Shown here in pieces: positions 61,065 through 64,000 of a stretch of 64,000 nt of DNA. Both the position numbers and the translations under genes were made by a program. The DNA comes from Neocallimastix sp. 'constans'. Taxonomy: Eukaryota. The stretch covers positions 62,001 to 126,000 of the forward strand of contig JBODTK010000118.1 of NCBI GenBank assembly GCA_050613775.1. The letters run 5' to 3'. The notes beneath the pieces are model-generated. The model was not told the origin of the DNA and made no database searches. It worked only from the letters and a program-made list of their open reading frames with translations. Numbering within the stretch: the stretch's first letter is position 1; the number at the start of each line of letters is the position of its first letter.

Positions 61065-61860
61065 TTGGATGTTTTCTTTTAGATTCAGAAAAGGATTTAT
61101 GATAATAATATTTATTATTTTATATTGAGTGCTCTTCTTGGCAGGGCGTTCAATAAATGAAAAAAAATTAAAGTTAATGATGGAGAACAAAGGCAATTAG
61201 TTGACAATATTTTTAAACAAAGTTCAACTTTGTTTTTTCGTCCACTGCTTTCGTATTTTGTGGGGATTGCGGAGTTTCTAACAGACGTAATACCATTAAT
61301 TTGTCAATCTTTTTAGATCGATGATGAAATGGTATTCCGTTGAATCTATTGAATCTACCGTTGCTAAAAGCGTCGACATCGAAATGATAAGGCATGGATT
61401 TTCACCTCCCGGTGAAAGAACTGATACAGATTCGTTTGATAATACTAATACTGAAATTATTAATAGCCATAATAGACGTGGTGTTATCATCGATGAATGG
61501 GAAAAGTTAGAGACTATTGCTTCTAACGCACTTTCATAATTTTAATATATGTAATATTTTATTTCATGTATTTGAATTTTTTTTAATTTAAATCATGTAA
61601 TTTTATTATTATTATAAATTAAATAAAGTTTTCTCTAAATCTAAAAAAAAAAAAAAAAATTATTAATAGCCATAATAGACGTGGTGTTATCATCGATGAA
61701 TGGGAAAAGTTAGAGACTATTGCTTCTAACGCACTTTCATAATTTTAATATATGTAATATTTTATTTCATGTATTTGAATTTTTTTTAATTTAAATCATG
61801 TAATTTTATTATTATTATAAATTAAATAAAGTTTTCTCTAAATCTAAAAAAAAAAAAAAA
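58640..61860 (+). mobile_element. Decayed LINE (copy D, distinct subfamily): RT, CCHC knuckle, 3' UTR, poly(A), duplicated 3' end
   Basis: MKNNKAPGYDGIPIEFF (~59105-59155), SLINVDLKIISKIVTNRI, EQFGFRNKEEC, DLKKAY, LSPILFNLFINDI, DDIVLVA, TFGINKCATL, CCPCCG...FSHW (~60895-60940). Poly(A) at 61643 and 61846. Confidence 0.93.
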
Positions 61861-62811
61861 TGTAGTAATTCATTTTCTGAATCACTCAAATTTTTCATCT
61901 TGGTTTTTAACTGATTTTTTTTTTTTTTTTTTTTTTCGCTTAAATTTGTTTTCTAAAGGTTATCTAGTGCTTCGTTGTCGGATTCGTTCGTATAATTACA
62001 TTCTAATGTCAAGTGTTCTTTATATTATTTGAAATATTAGCATTTTCTTTTAAAATATTATTATTATCATTATTATTATAATGGCTGTTATTGTTATTAT
62101 AAGTATTATTATCATCATAAATATCATTATCAATATAAATATTATTATCATTATAAATATTATTATCATTAATGCTATTATTCTTATTATTAATATTATT
62201 ATAATTATTATTGTAATTATTATTGTAATTATTATTATTATTAATATTATTATTACTATTGGAAGGATTTTTTTAAATGTGAATTATTGTTAATATTAAT
62301 AATTTTATAAATATTATAATAAGTATTATTATCATTATAGATATTTATAAAAAAATTAAAATAAAAATAAAAATAAAAATAAAAATAAAAAAAAAGGTTC
62401 TTTAAAGTTACGGTTTAGTTCAAGTCTATATTACTCCTATTAAAATAATGCATAACTAAGATTAAAAAAAAAAAAAGCAAAAAAGAAAAAAAGAAAAAAA
62501 AAAAGAAAGGAAGAAAGGGCTTATATTAATATTAAAGATTTTTAGAGTTAGTCATCAATATCAATAGCTGTCAATAGTTTTTTTTTTTTTTAATTTTTTT
62601 TATTTTTATTTAATTATTTTTTTTTTAAGTAATTACATTAATTTTTAATTTTACTTGAAACTAAAATAAACTATGTTACATTAATTTATGTATTGAATAA
62701 AAATTATAAAATTTTTTTTTATTTAAATATAAAACTAAATGTATATATATATTTAAACCTAATTGCTAAATAACAATTACTGTAACAGTAAATAATAATA
62801 ATAATAATAAT

Positions 62812-62868
<57 letters not shown>

Positions 62869-63049
62869 CTATAAAAAAAAAAAAAGAAAAATATTCTTAA
62901 ATGTATTAATAAATAAATAAATGAACATATAATTTTTATATGAGTAAAGAAAAAAAAAAAGTTATAAATAAATGAGTTATAATTAAAATAAAAAAAAGCA
63001 AACAAAAGAAATGTCACGTATATAAGTAAACAAATAATATAATACTAAT

Positions 63050-63426
63050 TTATTGTTTACTATTATTTTTAGTCATTTTAAGATAATCATATAATTTTCT
63101 ATCCGGTTCAACATTTTGGGGATTAATTGGAAGGTTATCGGCGCTTAAATAACGGTCCATATTATGTCTTCTACGATATAATCTAGATTGGAATCGACAT
63201 TCACAAATATTTGAAGTGCTACCATCCTAGTGTGAAAGAAAAAAAAAATATCCAAAAAAAAAATAAAAAAAAAAAAAAAAAAATTAATAAAATAAAAATA
63301 ATATAAAAATTATATAATAGTAAAAAATTTTAATATATAAATATAAAAATATATAAATTTGTTATATATATATAATTTAAATATATATATATATATATAT
63401 ATTTAAATTATATTTAAGTCTTTTTT

Positions 63427-63469
<43 letters not shown>

Positions 63470-63797
63470 ATAATCTACCTTAGAACATTGATTGTTTTCT
63501 TTATATTCAATAAAGTTTTTACTATTTCTATTTCCTTTAGTGTATCCATCTTCATTCATATAATCACATTTAATTGGATTCTTTAATTGTTCTTTAGTCT
63601 TTTTACTTTCATTATTATCTCTAAATCTATAATATATATATATATATATTCATTAATTTATTAATTTTTGTAGGATTAAATATATATATATATTAAGAAT
63701 AAGAAAATAATTTTTATATGTTAGACTTGTTGAGAAAAAAAAAGAATTTTTTTTTTCTTTTTTAATTAATTATATGTTTTAGTATATATATAAATAT

Positions 63798-63832
<35 letters not shown>

Positions 63833-64000
63833 AATACTTGTCCATCGTTTCCGATATGAAATCTTGTGGATCTGATTTTATTGGAGTATATGATTCACTA
63901 TAGATACCTTCATTGATTTTTCTATTTTTTGTCACATTCATTTTCAGTCTTTCATAAACGTTCATCGGACTGAATGTATAATCTGATTGTGTAATTCTTT
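63050..64000 (-). CDS. 3' part of an uncharacterised spliced gene running off the window end
   Basis: Minus-strand exons >64000-63838, 63626-63479 and 63226-63050 join in frame with GT..AG: ...RITQSDYTFSPMNVYERLKM...ETMDKFRDNNES...NNQCSKDGSTSNICECRFQSRLYRRRHNMDRYL...KMTKNNSKQ*. No family recognised. Confidence 0.75.

Overview
This is extremely AT-rich, intron-rich eukaryotic DNA full of poly(A)/poly(T) runs and AAT/TTA microsatellites. Composition, gene content and TE types fit an anaerobic gut fungus (Neocallimastigomycota); this is an inference. I spliced the genes by hand using GT..AG sites and frame continuity. Genes: (1) a 16-exon type I DnaJ/Ydj1-like gene (6804-12054) whose J-domain HPD motif reads QPE and which carries a ~680-aa Ser/Pro/Asn-rich repeat tail; (2) proteasome ATPase RPT1 (18409-22444, 11 exons); (3) an intronless THG1 (27210-27992); (4) a 15-exon five-TM prominin/CD133-like gene with a long acidic tail (32574-38499); (5) a 3-exon ~1174-aa gene (52921-57237) joining a Crinkler-like N-terminal domain, PSAP/PPxY motifs, a Cys cluster, a TM helix, a beta-rich ectodomain and a hydrophobic C-terminus; (6) the 3' end of an unknown minus-strand gene (63050-64000). 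Mobile DNA: several decayed LINE copies, Ty3/Gypsy chromovirus remnants and a Mutator-type MITE with a 9-bp TSD. Most short ORFs in the supplied track are low-complexity artefacts or single exons of these genes. Family assignments rest on recalled motifs, not database searches.
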